Shown: one piece after another, positions 36,677 to 45,090 of the stretch
Position numbering within the stretch: the first letter of the stretch is position 1
Layout of the letters: each line of letters starts with the position of its first letter
IMG/VR virus record: IMGVR_UViG_3300022689_000130
Coordinates: 32,001 to 96,000 of that record
Length of the DNA stretch: 64,000 nucleotides
Direction: 5' to 3' (one strand)
Source of the DNA: a virus
The notes under the pieces: model-generated
The model's input: only the letters and a program-made list of their open reading frames with translations
Database searches by the model: none
Told to the model about the DNA's origin: nothing
Program-made: the position numbers and the translations under genes

Positions 36677-38029
36677 ATGAACTATTTTTACGACGCTCAA
36701 CTTCGCAAATACCTTCTTCAGTTTGTTCGGATATTTGGTAATTTCACAGTGCAAAAAGGCTACGATGAACAAAACAATCCCATCTATGAGACCGTTCCTG
36801 CACGTTATGGTGACATGAGCCGTCAAGTTGGGCACATCATCAAAGATAACAGTGAAAACACTATTAATACTGTGCCTTTCATTAGCTGCTATGTTAACAG
36901 CCTTGATATGAACCCAGACTTACGTCGTTATCCTCAATTTGAAGAAACGCTTCATGTAATCGAAAAAGAGTTTGATGAAGAAAATCATAATTATGTAGAC
37001 AGACCAGGCCAAGCTTATAATGTTACACGCTATCAGCCTGTGCCTTACATGCTTACAATGAACGTAGATATCTGGACGAGCAACACCGATCAAAAGCTTC
37101 AGCTTTTGGAACAGATTCTCGTGCTATTCAATCCTAGCATTAATTTACATACTAATGATAATGTTCTTGATTGGACTTCTCTTGCATATTGTGAACTGAC
37201 TAATACCAACTGGTCAAGCAGATCCCTGCCTACTGGAACCGACACAATTATCGACGTGGCGACATTAACATTCGAAATACCTATTTTTATCAATCCTTCG
37301 GCTCGTGTACAGCGTATGAATATTATTCAAACCATACTTACTCAAGTTCATACGTTGGATCAAACTGACTTTGAAAATTGGACGGTTAATGATATCACTG
37401 GTCCGAATAGCAGTTTTGTCGTTACCACATTAGAAGACTATTGGATTCGTGTTCAAGACGGCACTGCGACACTTCTACAACGCACTGGTGACGATGAAGG
37501 CGGTGGCGGTCGAGTGCTTACCTGGCAGGAAAACGTATTTGCAGTATATGGTGAATTAAGACCAGGAATTAGTCAACTACGACTACGACAGGGAGATGAC
37601 ATAACTGATCCTGCTAATGATGTTATCGGAACAATCGATTACGATCCAAGCGATGCGCAACGTTTGATCATAACAATTGATACAGACACGCTTGCAAGCG
37701 ACACTCAATCTCCTGTTAATAACATCATCAATCCGCAGAGCAGCTATCCAGGCGACGGAAATTTGCCCGTCTCGGCCGTTGGCCAAAGATATCTTGTTTT
37801 GGATGATGTTCCTAGTAATGGAGCATGGGGTGTAATAGACGCTGATGCAAATGATATCGTGCAATATAATGGATCAACCTGGACCGTTGTGTTTGACGCT
37901 AGCGCCAATGGTGGAACCGAATATGTGACCAACCTCGCCACAAGTGATCAGTTTGAATGGACTGGCGAATACTGGCAAAATAGCTATGAGGGCGTTTATA
38001 GAGAAGGATGGTGGCGCTTATACGTTTAG
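36677..38029 (+). CDS. gp15: Tail sheath stabiliser/terminator (gp15-like)
   Basis: YFYDAQLRKYLLQF..F, VPARYG, PVPY, QLLEQILVLFNP. Confidence 0.85.
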   Translation: MNYFYDAQLRKYLLQFVRIFGNFTVQKGYDEQNNPIYETVPARYGDMSRQVGHIIKDNSENTINTVPFISCYVNSLDMNPDLRRYPQFEETLHVIEKEFDEENHNYVDRPGQAYNVTRYQPVPYMLTMNVDIWTSNTDQKLQLLEQILVLFNPSINLHTNDNVLDWTSLAYCELTNTNWSSRSLPTGTDTIIDVATLTFEIPIFINPSARVQRMNIIQTILTQVHTLDQTDFENWTVNDITGPNSSFVVTTLEDYWIRVQDGTATLLQRTGDDEGGGGRVLTWQENVFAVYGELRPGISQLRLRQGDDITDPANDVIGTIDYDPSDAQRLIITIDTDTLASDTQSPVNNIINPQSSYPGDGNLPVSAVGQRYLVLDDVPSNGAWGVIDADANDIVQYNGSTWTVVFDASANGGTEYVTNLATSDQFEWTGEYWQNSYEGVYREGWWRLYV

Positions 38030-38041
38030 ATAAATAAACGT

Positions 38042-38494
38042 ATGAAAAGTATATCAGAGCTTTACCACAAACGATCAAGTGAGATCGCGCATTTAGATAC
38101 AACCGATGAACCGTTTGGTAGAGAGCTTGCGCGGATATCTGGGCGATATCGTGTTCCAATGCGCCAACTTGAGATCTTAAACGACACCGCAAGCGAACTT
38201 CCCGCTTTGAAAGCGATTTCGCCAAGTAGTTGAGGGCCTTCATTTGGCTCAAAAGATGGGTGCATTTACCAGGATGTTCTTCCCAGGTTGTTTAGTAAAA
38301 CGTTTAAATTTGTTCGTAACACTATTGATTTTGACCGTGTTATTACATTTTCAGACAATAGATGGTTTACTGGTAATCTATATAACAAGACTGGATTTAC
38401 CCAAGTTAAAAACCATCCTCCAAACTACCAATACCGTAAGGCTACTGAACCTTTAAATATTTTACGAACTTGGGATTGTGATAAAATTGAATGA
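38042..38494 (+). pseudogene. Remnant of a Hef-like endonuclease/GNAT gene
   Basis: One frame broken by TGA at 38231; LFSKTF...ITFSDNRWFTGNLY..TGF...PPNYQY...RTWDC parallels the C-terminus of 25478-27112. Confidence 0.7.
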
Positions 38495-38949
38495 GAATGG
38501 AGAAAATGAATATAAAAGCAAGCGGCTGTATCTTACTAAGTGAAGATACTAAACGCATACTTTTGCAATTACGAATACCAGACCGCAAGAGTAAAAACTA
38601 TTGGGGTTTTTGGGGCGGTAAAAGTGAAATTAATGAATTACCTGTCCAAACAATTGAGCGCGAACTCAAGGAAGAGTTAGGCTTCTTGCCTGAAATAAAC
38701 AAATTCTATCCACTGCACAAAATGGTTAGTAATGATGAATCTTTTGAATATGACACATTTCTTGCAACTGTTTCCAGTGAGTTTATTCCTATACTGAATG
38801 ATGAAAGTGAAGGATACGCTTGGGTTAACTATAATCGTTACCCTGTGCCCCTTCACCCAGGTGTCAAATTAGTTCTTCAGAATCCGCGTATTCTTAGTAA
38901 GATTCGTACCATTGTTGATCAAATCGATCATCAAGATCGATCATCTTGA
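38491..38949 (+). CDS. NUDIX hydrolase
   Basis: WGFWGGKSEINELPVQTIERELKEELG Nudix box; LHPG. Confidence 0.92.
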   Translation: MRMEKMNIKASGCILLSEDTKRILLQLRIPDRKSKNYWGFWGGKSEINELPVQTIERELKEELGFLPEINKFYPLHKMVSNDESFEYDTFLATVSSEFIPILNDESEGYAWVNYNRYPVPLHPGVKLVLQNPRILSKIRTIVDQIDHQDRSS

Positions 38950-39121
38950 AAAAGTGGTTGACTTTTTGATTCTTTCCGCTTATATGTAAGATAAAAAGGC
39001 GCAATAAGGCATGTAACCGAGCTAGAGCCCTTACGAAATCAATCAAGATTAAATATTAAACTAGCTGCTCAATTAGTTGTGTTATGGTCGGGCTTTATTA
39101 ATGAGTATTTTTGTCAAGAGT

Positions 39122-39150
39122 GGACCGGCTCCATTGGAGCCGGTCCTTTT
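39122..39150 (+). terminator. Rho-independent terminator
   Basis: GGACCGGCTCC-ATT-GGAGCCGGTCC-TTTT; 20 nt from the capsid gene stop on the opposite strand. Confidence 0.85.
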
Positions 39151-39169
39151 GTTTTTGCTAGTCCTAAAC

Positions 39170-40333
39170 TTAGGTGAAGCTTAGGTTTCCGCTGGTGACG
39201 TCGATGCGGTTGAGGTAGTCTGCAGCGTTACCAAGTGATGAAGCCTGGTTGCTGAGTTCTACATAACCATAGCGTGTCATGAAGGACACGACTGGTTCGA
39301 ACGTCTGAGGGTCAAGCACAGTGCCTGAGCTCATTAGAGGAATGTACGGGCAATAGAACGCCGCAGCATCGGTCTCGTTTGAGCCTTTGTAGCCGATAAG
39401 GATGTTATCGTCAGTTGCATACTGGTTCACATATACACGCATTGATCCGTTAAGTGTGCCGACAAACTTGGTGTTTGTTGGTGCTTCAAATGGACCTTCA
39501 GTTGTGCGAGCGAACGCAGAAGTTGTAGCTGCCTGGAGAACAGTTAGAACAGTTGGTGAAATAACCATCCAGTTACCAGCGCCACGACGTGTGCGAGCCG
39601 CAATATCGTTTGCTGCTTTGTTGATGAGCACTGCTAGTGCAGCATGTTCATCACCAACGAAAGTTGCTGTGCCGCTAACTGCATTCTGGTCGTATGTACC
39701 AGTTGCAGGGCCAGCAAGGCTACGTAGAGATGCTAGGATCTCCTGGTCGATTTCTGCGGTAATTTCCTGCGCTAGTGCAGCCATGATTTCCGCTTCAACA
39801 TCTAGACCATGCATTGCTTGTGCATCCTGCGCTGCCTCGAAAGTCCAACGTGCGCTGAGCTTACGAGTTTTTGCTTCAACAGTCTGTCTAAGGACTTGGA
39901 TGTTGAGTCGACGCCCGGCCTGACCTTCAAGCACAGAAGTTGCTTCTGCACGGTCAGTTGTTGCGTTACCAGAATAACCGTTAGCAATCTGGAATGGGCT
40001 TAGTGCTTCGTCACCAGCTACTGCTGAGTCGAATGTTTCTGCGTAGCGAACACGAAGAGTGTGAATTTGACCAACTGGGCCGGTCATTGGTTGCACACCA
40101 ACTAGTTCGTTTGCAATTACGGTTGGCATAACACGGCGGATAACTGGTAGGATCACTTTGTTAAGTGTCGCAATGTTACCTGCTGATGTTGCGCCGACAG
40201 TTGCAGATTCACGTAGCATGTGATTTTTCGTGTTTTCTAACACGCTTTCCATAACTGCCTTTTTATTACCGGCCAGACCGTCAACAAGTGCGTTTTTGGT
40301 TGCTGACCAGTTTTCGAATAGAACGTCTGCCAT
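39170..40333 (-). CDS. gp23: Major capsid protein (gp23-like)
   Basis: VIRRVMPTVIANELVGVQPMTGPVGQI, RKLSARWTFEAAQD, FYCPYIPL, MTRYG. Confidence 0.97.
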   Translation of the reverse strand: MADVLFENWSATKNALVDGLAGNKKAVMESVLENTKNHMLRESATVGATSAGNIATLNKVILPVIRRVMPTVIANELVGVQPMTGPVGQIHTLRVRYAETFDSAVAGDEALSPFQIANGYSGNATTDRAEATSVLEGQAGRRLNIQVLRQTVEAKTRKLSARWTFEAAQDAQAMHGLDVEAEIMAALAQEITAEIDQEILASLRSLAGPATGTYDQNAVSGTATFVGDEHAALAVLINKAANDIAARTRRGAGNWMVISPTVLTVLQAATTSAFARTTEGPFEAPTNTKFVGTLNGSMRVYVNQYATDDNILIGYKGSNETDAAAFYCPYIPLMSSGTVLDPQTFEPVVSFMTRYGYVELSNQASSLGNAADYLNRIDVTSGNLSFT

Positions 40334-40345
40334 TTGTTTTCTCCT

Positions 40346-41470
40346 TTAGCTTAGTCCTGCTAATTTCTTGAGTTCAATGATATCAGCTGAGCCACCATCG
40401 TCTTGATGGTTGCTCTTGACCTTGTCACCGTTTACTTCGCGGATTGGCTTGCGCTGGCCACGGCTCTCAGTGAGTTTAGCCTTTTTTGCTTGTGTCTTAA
40501 CTGTAGAGTCTTCGGAAAGAACACTTGGCAGATACTTCTTGTATGCAGTCTTCAACTGTGAAGTTTTGACTGATTCAAGTAGTGTAGCCATTAGTTCTTT
40601 CTGACCCTTGTTTAGTGGACCAAGCATTTCGCTCATGATTTGCTTACGCTCGCTCATATCTTCTGCGATGCGGGCGGTGCGTTTAGCTTCTGTGAGCTGT
40701 TGATCCTTAGCTTTCATTACTTCGTTAGCCTCTGCAATGTTCTGCTTAAGTTTCATAATTTCTTTTGCAAGTTTTGCTACCTGTGTGCTTTCGCTCAAGG
40801 TGCTTGTCATATACTCGCTTGCGAATGTTTCGAAGATTTTACGCCCAAACTCGTTTTCCTTAGCTGTCTGGATGTCTTCGCGCAGAGATACAAGCTCTTT
40901 ACGCAAGACACTTTCAACAACGGTTTCGATTTTCGCTGCGCTTTTCTTAATGAAGTTTGCTTTTGCTTCTTCAATAACCTTCTTACCTTCGCGAACCATT
41001 TTGACTTTCTGCTCTGCGAGAGCCCGCTTGTCATCATGGAATTCGTTAAGTTCTTTGGTTAGCTGTTTGAGAACGAACTCTTCTAGCTTGCCAAAGTTTG
41101 CCTTTTGTTTTTGACGATCCTCACGTAATTCAGTGACTTCCTTTGCTAGGACTTCCTGAACGAAGCGTTCAAGCATTTTAGCATGTTCTTTCATCGCTTT
41201 CTTATAACGAACGCGATCTTCTGCTACCTTGGATTTGTCTGTTGCAAACTCTTCCAATTCAGTCTTGATTGCTTCTTTCAGCATTGCGTCCATTGCTTCA
41301 ACAATCTGCGACTTGTCATTTTCATAACGAGATGCAAACTCTTCACGCAACTCTGCAGTGACTTCTTCACGCTGCTCAGCAATTCTCTGTTCGAATGCTT
41401 CAGAGAGTTCAGTCTTGATATCTTCAGTTAGGATATCACTGTTGAGGATTTCTTTAATTGACTTAGGCAT
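40346..41470 (-). CDS. gp22: Prohead core scaffold protein (gp22-like)
   Basis: Coiled coil, FGRKIFETF, position between protease and capsid; C-terminal LKKLAGL. Confidence 0.88.
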   Translation of the reverse strand: MPKSIKEILNSDILTEDIKTELSEAFEQRIAEQREEVTAELREEFASRYENDKSQIVEAMDAMLKEAIKTELEEFATDKSKVAEDRVRYKKAMKEHAKMLERFVQEVLAKEVTELREDRQKQKANFGKLEEFVLKQLTKELNEFHDDKRALAEQKVKMVREGKKVIEEAKANFIKKSAAKIETVVESVLRKELVSLREDIQTAKENEFGRKIFETFASEYMTSTLSESTQVAKLAKEIMKLKQNIAEANEVMKAKDQQLTEAKRTARIAEDMSERKQIMSEMLGPLNKGQKELMATLLESVKTSQLKTAYKKYLPSVLSEDSTVKTQAKKAKLTESRGQRKPIREVNGDKVKSNHQDDGGSADIIELKKLAGLS

Positions 41471-41472
41471 AG

Positions 41473-42108
41473 TTATTTTCTCCCTAGGTCTTGGATAAAT
41501 CGAACCATCTCTTCTTTGAGATACTTCTGTGCTTTTGGATCATGTGTAACGTTTGATGCTACGTCCCAAATGCTGCCTTGACGGCGGTAATTCATGATTT
41601 GCTCATAAATTGGATCCGGATATGCATCCGGTGCACTGGGGTTAGCTACAATGTCAACTGTAATAATTTCAAATTCTGATACATTACCAGAACCGTCAAC
41701 ATTACCGCTACCGCGTGAACTGACCCCTAGTTTTACACCGCTTTCCAACAGTGTTTTACAGATGTTGCCCATCGGAGTGGGCAACATTTTTAGTTTACCA
41801 ATGCCGTCTGAGCCTTTCATGTTCATATCGACAATCATGTGACTCACACGGTCAAGGTTGATGTTAAGATCATCTGGGTGATCTGCTTCACCAAGGACTG
41901 TATATCCACCAGCGATCTTTTCTTTGAGCGTCTTAACGGCTTTGGAGATTTCATCGACTGGGTATATTCTTTCATTTTGATTGCGTTTATCACCTTGGAT
42001 GAAGATACCTTGCATGAACAGATCCTTACCACCAGAACCATTGTCATGAGTCTCAGTGGTAATAGATGCTGCACTCGGTGCAATAACTTCTCTAAGTGGT
42101 GTAAACAT
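41473..42108 (-). CDS. gp21: Prohead protease (gp21-like)
   Basis: GIFIQ..RNQNERIY, GEADHP, VSH, GVSSRG, DIVANPSAPDA. Confidence 0.95.
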   Translation of the reverse strand: MFTPLREVIAPSAASITTETHDNGSGGKDLFMQGIFIQGDKRNQNERIYPVDEISKAVKTLKEKIAGGYTVLGEADHPDDLNINLDRVSHMIVDMNMKGSDGIGKLKMLPTPMGNICKTLLESGVKLGVSSRGSGNVDGSGNVSEFEIITVDIVANPSAPDAYPDPIYEQIMNYRRQGSIWDVASNVTHDPKAQKYLKEEMVRFIQDLGRK

Positions 42109-42122
42109 CAGTTATCTTGCCC

Positions 42123-42962
42123 TTAGTTTGACTTCTTGTGGAAGACTGAATTAGCTTTTTCGCTTGAGTTGGACGGTGCTGCCACTTTCTTGTCCATCTT
42201 GCCTTTTTGCTCTTGTGGACCGGTTACGCTCATTTTCTTTGCTGAGTCGCCTTTGCCGCCTTTTTCATCTCCGCCGAACTTGTTAACTGGCTTAGCGTGT
42301 CCGCCGCTCATGTCGCTTGCGTTTTGTGGGATCGGTGAAGCTTTGCCGTCTTCGTCGCCCGCCATAGTTACATTACCGTGCTTGTGCAGTTTTGCGGCTT
42401 CTTCAAGATCGTCGTCTTCAAGATCGTCGTCTTCATCTGACACTTCAAATTCATCGGCAAATTCATCAGCCATGTCATCTTCTGTTTCATCAGCATCCAT
42501 CAAATCAGCAAATGCTGCGCGAAGTTCGTCGATTGCGTCAAGAACGTTGAGTTCATCAGAGCTGTCGTCGCTCATGTCATCATCCATGTCAGCATCCATG
42601 TCAGCATCCATGTCAGCATCCATGTCGGCATCCATGTCAGCATCCATGTCCATTTCGCTGGACAGATCGTCAATTGCTTCATCATTATCGTCATCTTCAC
42701 CGAAATATTCTTCGGCTTCGATCTCGTCTTCTAATGAATCAAGATCATGTTCAAAGTCGCCGCTTTCGTCACTGTCGTCGAAGTCTTCATCTTCGTCGAG
42801 TTCTAATTCATCTTCAAATGAATCGTCCTCTTCTGCAAGATCAGCATAAATTTCACGCGCCGTCTCGATAAAATGTTCGTGCAGCATTTCATTGGCCAAC
42901 TCGTTTTCACCGTTGACCATGAATTCTAACACTTTTTCCAGTTTGGTTTTTGTCATTATCAC
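42123..42962 (-). CDS. Acidic prohead core protein
   Basis: Extremely D/E-rich; lies between portal and protease. Confidence 0.75.
   Translation of the reverse strand: MIMTKTKLEKVLEFMVNGENELANEMLHEHFIETAREIYADLAEEDDSFEDELELDEDEDFDDSDESGDFEHDLDSLEDEIEAEEYFGEDDDNDEAIDDLSSEMDMDADMDADMDADMDADMDADMDDDMSDDSSDELNVLDAIDELRAAFADLMDADETEDDMADEFADEFEVSDEDDDLEDDDLEEAAKLHKHGNVTMAGDEDGKASPIPQNASDMSGGHAKPVNKFGGDEKGGKGDSAKKMSVTGPQEQKGKMDKKVAAPSNSSEKANSVFHKKSN
42581..42650. repeat. 12-bp tandem repeat (CATCCATGTCAG, about 6 copies) encoding MDAD
   Basis: Directly visible in the sequence. Confidence 0.9.
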
Positions 42963-43098
42963 ACTCCTAAGCCTCTCTTGAAGCTTTATTTTGTATTACT
43001 TCAAATAGTATTTACAGAACAAAGCGTTTTACTTGCTAAAAAGGCAAGATTTCGGGTAAAAAGTGTGTTTTAATTTAGTGAGTTACCTGACTAAGTAA

Positions 43099-43305
43099 TC
43101 ACTCTTCGGAATTTGCACTCCCGTAGATATAGGCCACATCATCAATTCTCTGCTTTTGCTCCAGTTCTTCAATGTTTCGAGTCTTGCGCAGCTTTTGCAA
43201 GTGTCTTAGTGTAATACGAGGCCGGCGTTTGTGGTCGATGTTAACCACGGTGTATTTGTCGTCCATCTCATCATAATATTCTCTTAAAAATTCTTTACTT
43301 CTCAT
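43099..43305 (-). CDS. Small head-module protein
   Basis: MRSKEFLRE...RRPRITLRHLQKLRK; coupled to the portal gene. Confidence 0.8.
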   Translation of the reverse strand: MRSKEFLREYYDEMDDKYTVVNIDHKRRPRITLRHLQKLRKTRNIEELEQKQRIDDVAYIYGSANSEE

Positions 43306-45020
43306 GTTTGTTCCTCCTCCTCGTCGCCGCCGGTGATTGGGCTTTCATCTCCGCTATCAATTGGGCTTTCATCGCCCTCAAGATCAAAATCGTCTTCGTC
43401 AGTTTCAAAATCATCAAGACTTCCATCTGCACCACCTTGCACACCAACGTTTCCGAGATCGCTGAAGCTATCTTCGTCTTGTAGGCTGTCTTCTTGACCT
43501 TTAATCGGATTTTCCTGCTTCCACAATTTTTCGTTTTCAAGAATTTCGTCTTCGCTAAGTTGTAGATATTTCTTGAGTATAAAACGCTTGCTGAGGTAAT
43601 CAGTACCTTCAATTTGGCCAAATACGCCAGCACGAGCACTATTGATTTCAATTTCACGATAGTCGCTGAAGCTTTGTGGCTCGACGAAGTCTAGTTCAAA
43701 CTGACTTGAGTCAATCTCGTATCCTCTATGCTTGAGGAACATCTTAAACTCTTTGTCAAACATTGGCTGAATAATACGCTGCAACCGCTGACAATATTGC
43801 GTAAATCGATATTCTTGGATGAATGCTGTACCTACACGGCCATCATTGTAAGTAGCAGTGCCGTCATCTGGACCTGTGGGTAGATAGCTCGAAGGGACAC
43901 GTAAACCACGTGCCAATTTGTTATTGAAGAATTTGAGATCGTCAATGTCACCCAGGTTATCACCACCAGGTAGTGTATCAACTTTACTCCCGCGTCCTTC
44001 GGCTGTTTGAGCGAAGAAGTAATCTTCCATAATTGATAGAGGATTGTATTGAGCGTCCATCATGTTGCTACCACCGCCTGTTCGAGTCGGAATACGACGC
44101 TGGTGAATCTCGTTCTTAACACGCTCAACGTGAGCCATAGCTTGGTGGCTTGGCATGTCACCTACGTCAATATAAAAGATACGACGTTCTGGTGCACGTT
44201 GTACACGATAAATGATGATTGAGTCTTCAAGTAGCTCTTTTTGCTTGTAGGTTTTGAATACTGCATCTAAAATAGAGTTACCAAATGGCCAACTTATATC
44301 CATGCCATCAGTTAGTGCAAAATGAATCACATGCTTGGCATCAATTGTTGATTCAATTTCTGCTCCTTGCCCAGCCGCGTTGTTTATGTGCCCTGCATTG
44401 CGTTGCTGTTGTGTATTCAACATTGATGTTGGATTCACGCTAGCACCAGCATAGTTTCCAGGGTTATTGTCAGAAGTTGCTGTGAGTGTTTGAAAGTTGG
44501 GGTCTAAATTCTTAATTACATACTGCGCTGGCTTTTTGCCACGGCTTTCATCAACAACCACACGTAATACATCTCCTGGGTTAACATAGAAAAGTTTCCA
44601 TGTTTCAGGATCACGCACAAATGGCTGGTCACCATATTTGATAGTGTTGCGGAATGTATTGAATAGTCTACGATTCCAGTCATTTACACGACACCATTGC
44701 TTGAGAACTGTCTCTAAAACATCACTTTCAGTTTCAGTAGGACTGTCATGCCAATTGATAACAAACGGTACCGTTGTTTCTTCGTCTTTTTGTGTTGAAA
44801 ACTCAGCAATTGTGTCTAAGGCAGTGTTAATTTCACTATCCATATCCATTTGATCATACTGAATGTAACGCTCAAGACGATTTGGCTGTCCAACGTACAC
44901 TTCAGGTAGCCAACTTTGGAACCGGCTCGCATCTGTTTTGTTGGCGGTGCGGTTTTTACCACCACTTATTGGGCTGGCGTTGCTGTTATAAGTCTGAAAA
45001 TGCTTTTTCCATCCAGCCAT
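43302..45020 (-). CDS. gp20: Portal protein (gp20-like)
   Basis: LEDSIIIYRVQRAPERRIFYIDVG, EDYFF, TLPGG, LRVPSSYL. Confidence 0.97.
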   Translation of the reverse strand: MAGWKKHFQTYNSNASPISGGKNRTANKTDASRFQSWLPEVYVGQPNRLERYIQYDQMDMDSEINTALDTIAEFSTQKDEETTVPFVINWHDSPTETESDVLETVLKQWCRVNDWNRRLFNTFRNTIKYGDQPFVRDPETWKLFYVNPGDVLRVVVDESRGKKPAQYVIKNLDPNFQTLTATSDNNPGNYAGASVNPTSMLNTQQQRNAGHINNAAGQGAEIESTIDAKHVIHFALTDGMDISWPFGNSILDAVFKTYKQKELLEDSIIIYRVQRAPERRIFYIDVGDMPSHQAMAHVERVKNEIHQRRIPTRTGGGSNMMDAQYNPLSIMEDYFFAQTAEGRGSKVDTLPGGDNLGDIDDLKFFNNKLARGLRVPSSYLPTGPDDGTATYNDGRVGTAFIQEYRFTQYCQRLQRIIQPMFDKEFKMFLKHRGYEIDSSQFELDFVEPQSFSDYREIEINSARAGVFGQIEGTDYLSKRFILKKYLQLSEDEILENEKLWKQENPIKGQEDSLQDEDSFSDLGNVGVQGGADGSLDDFETDEDDFDLEGDESPIDSGDESPITGGDEEEEQT

Positions 45021-45090
45021 TAATATCTATCCTCGTGTGATTGCTTATCATTATAGAATTCTGTCATAATATTATCCTAATTGCCGGTAT

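Noticed and set aside
429-38494. Stop-codon reassignment suggested by in-frame stops near 491 (TAA), 3982 (TAG) and 38231 (TGA)
   Set aside because: Three different codons are involved, only in relic ORFs; core genes are uninterrupted and end in all three stop codons
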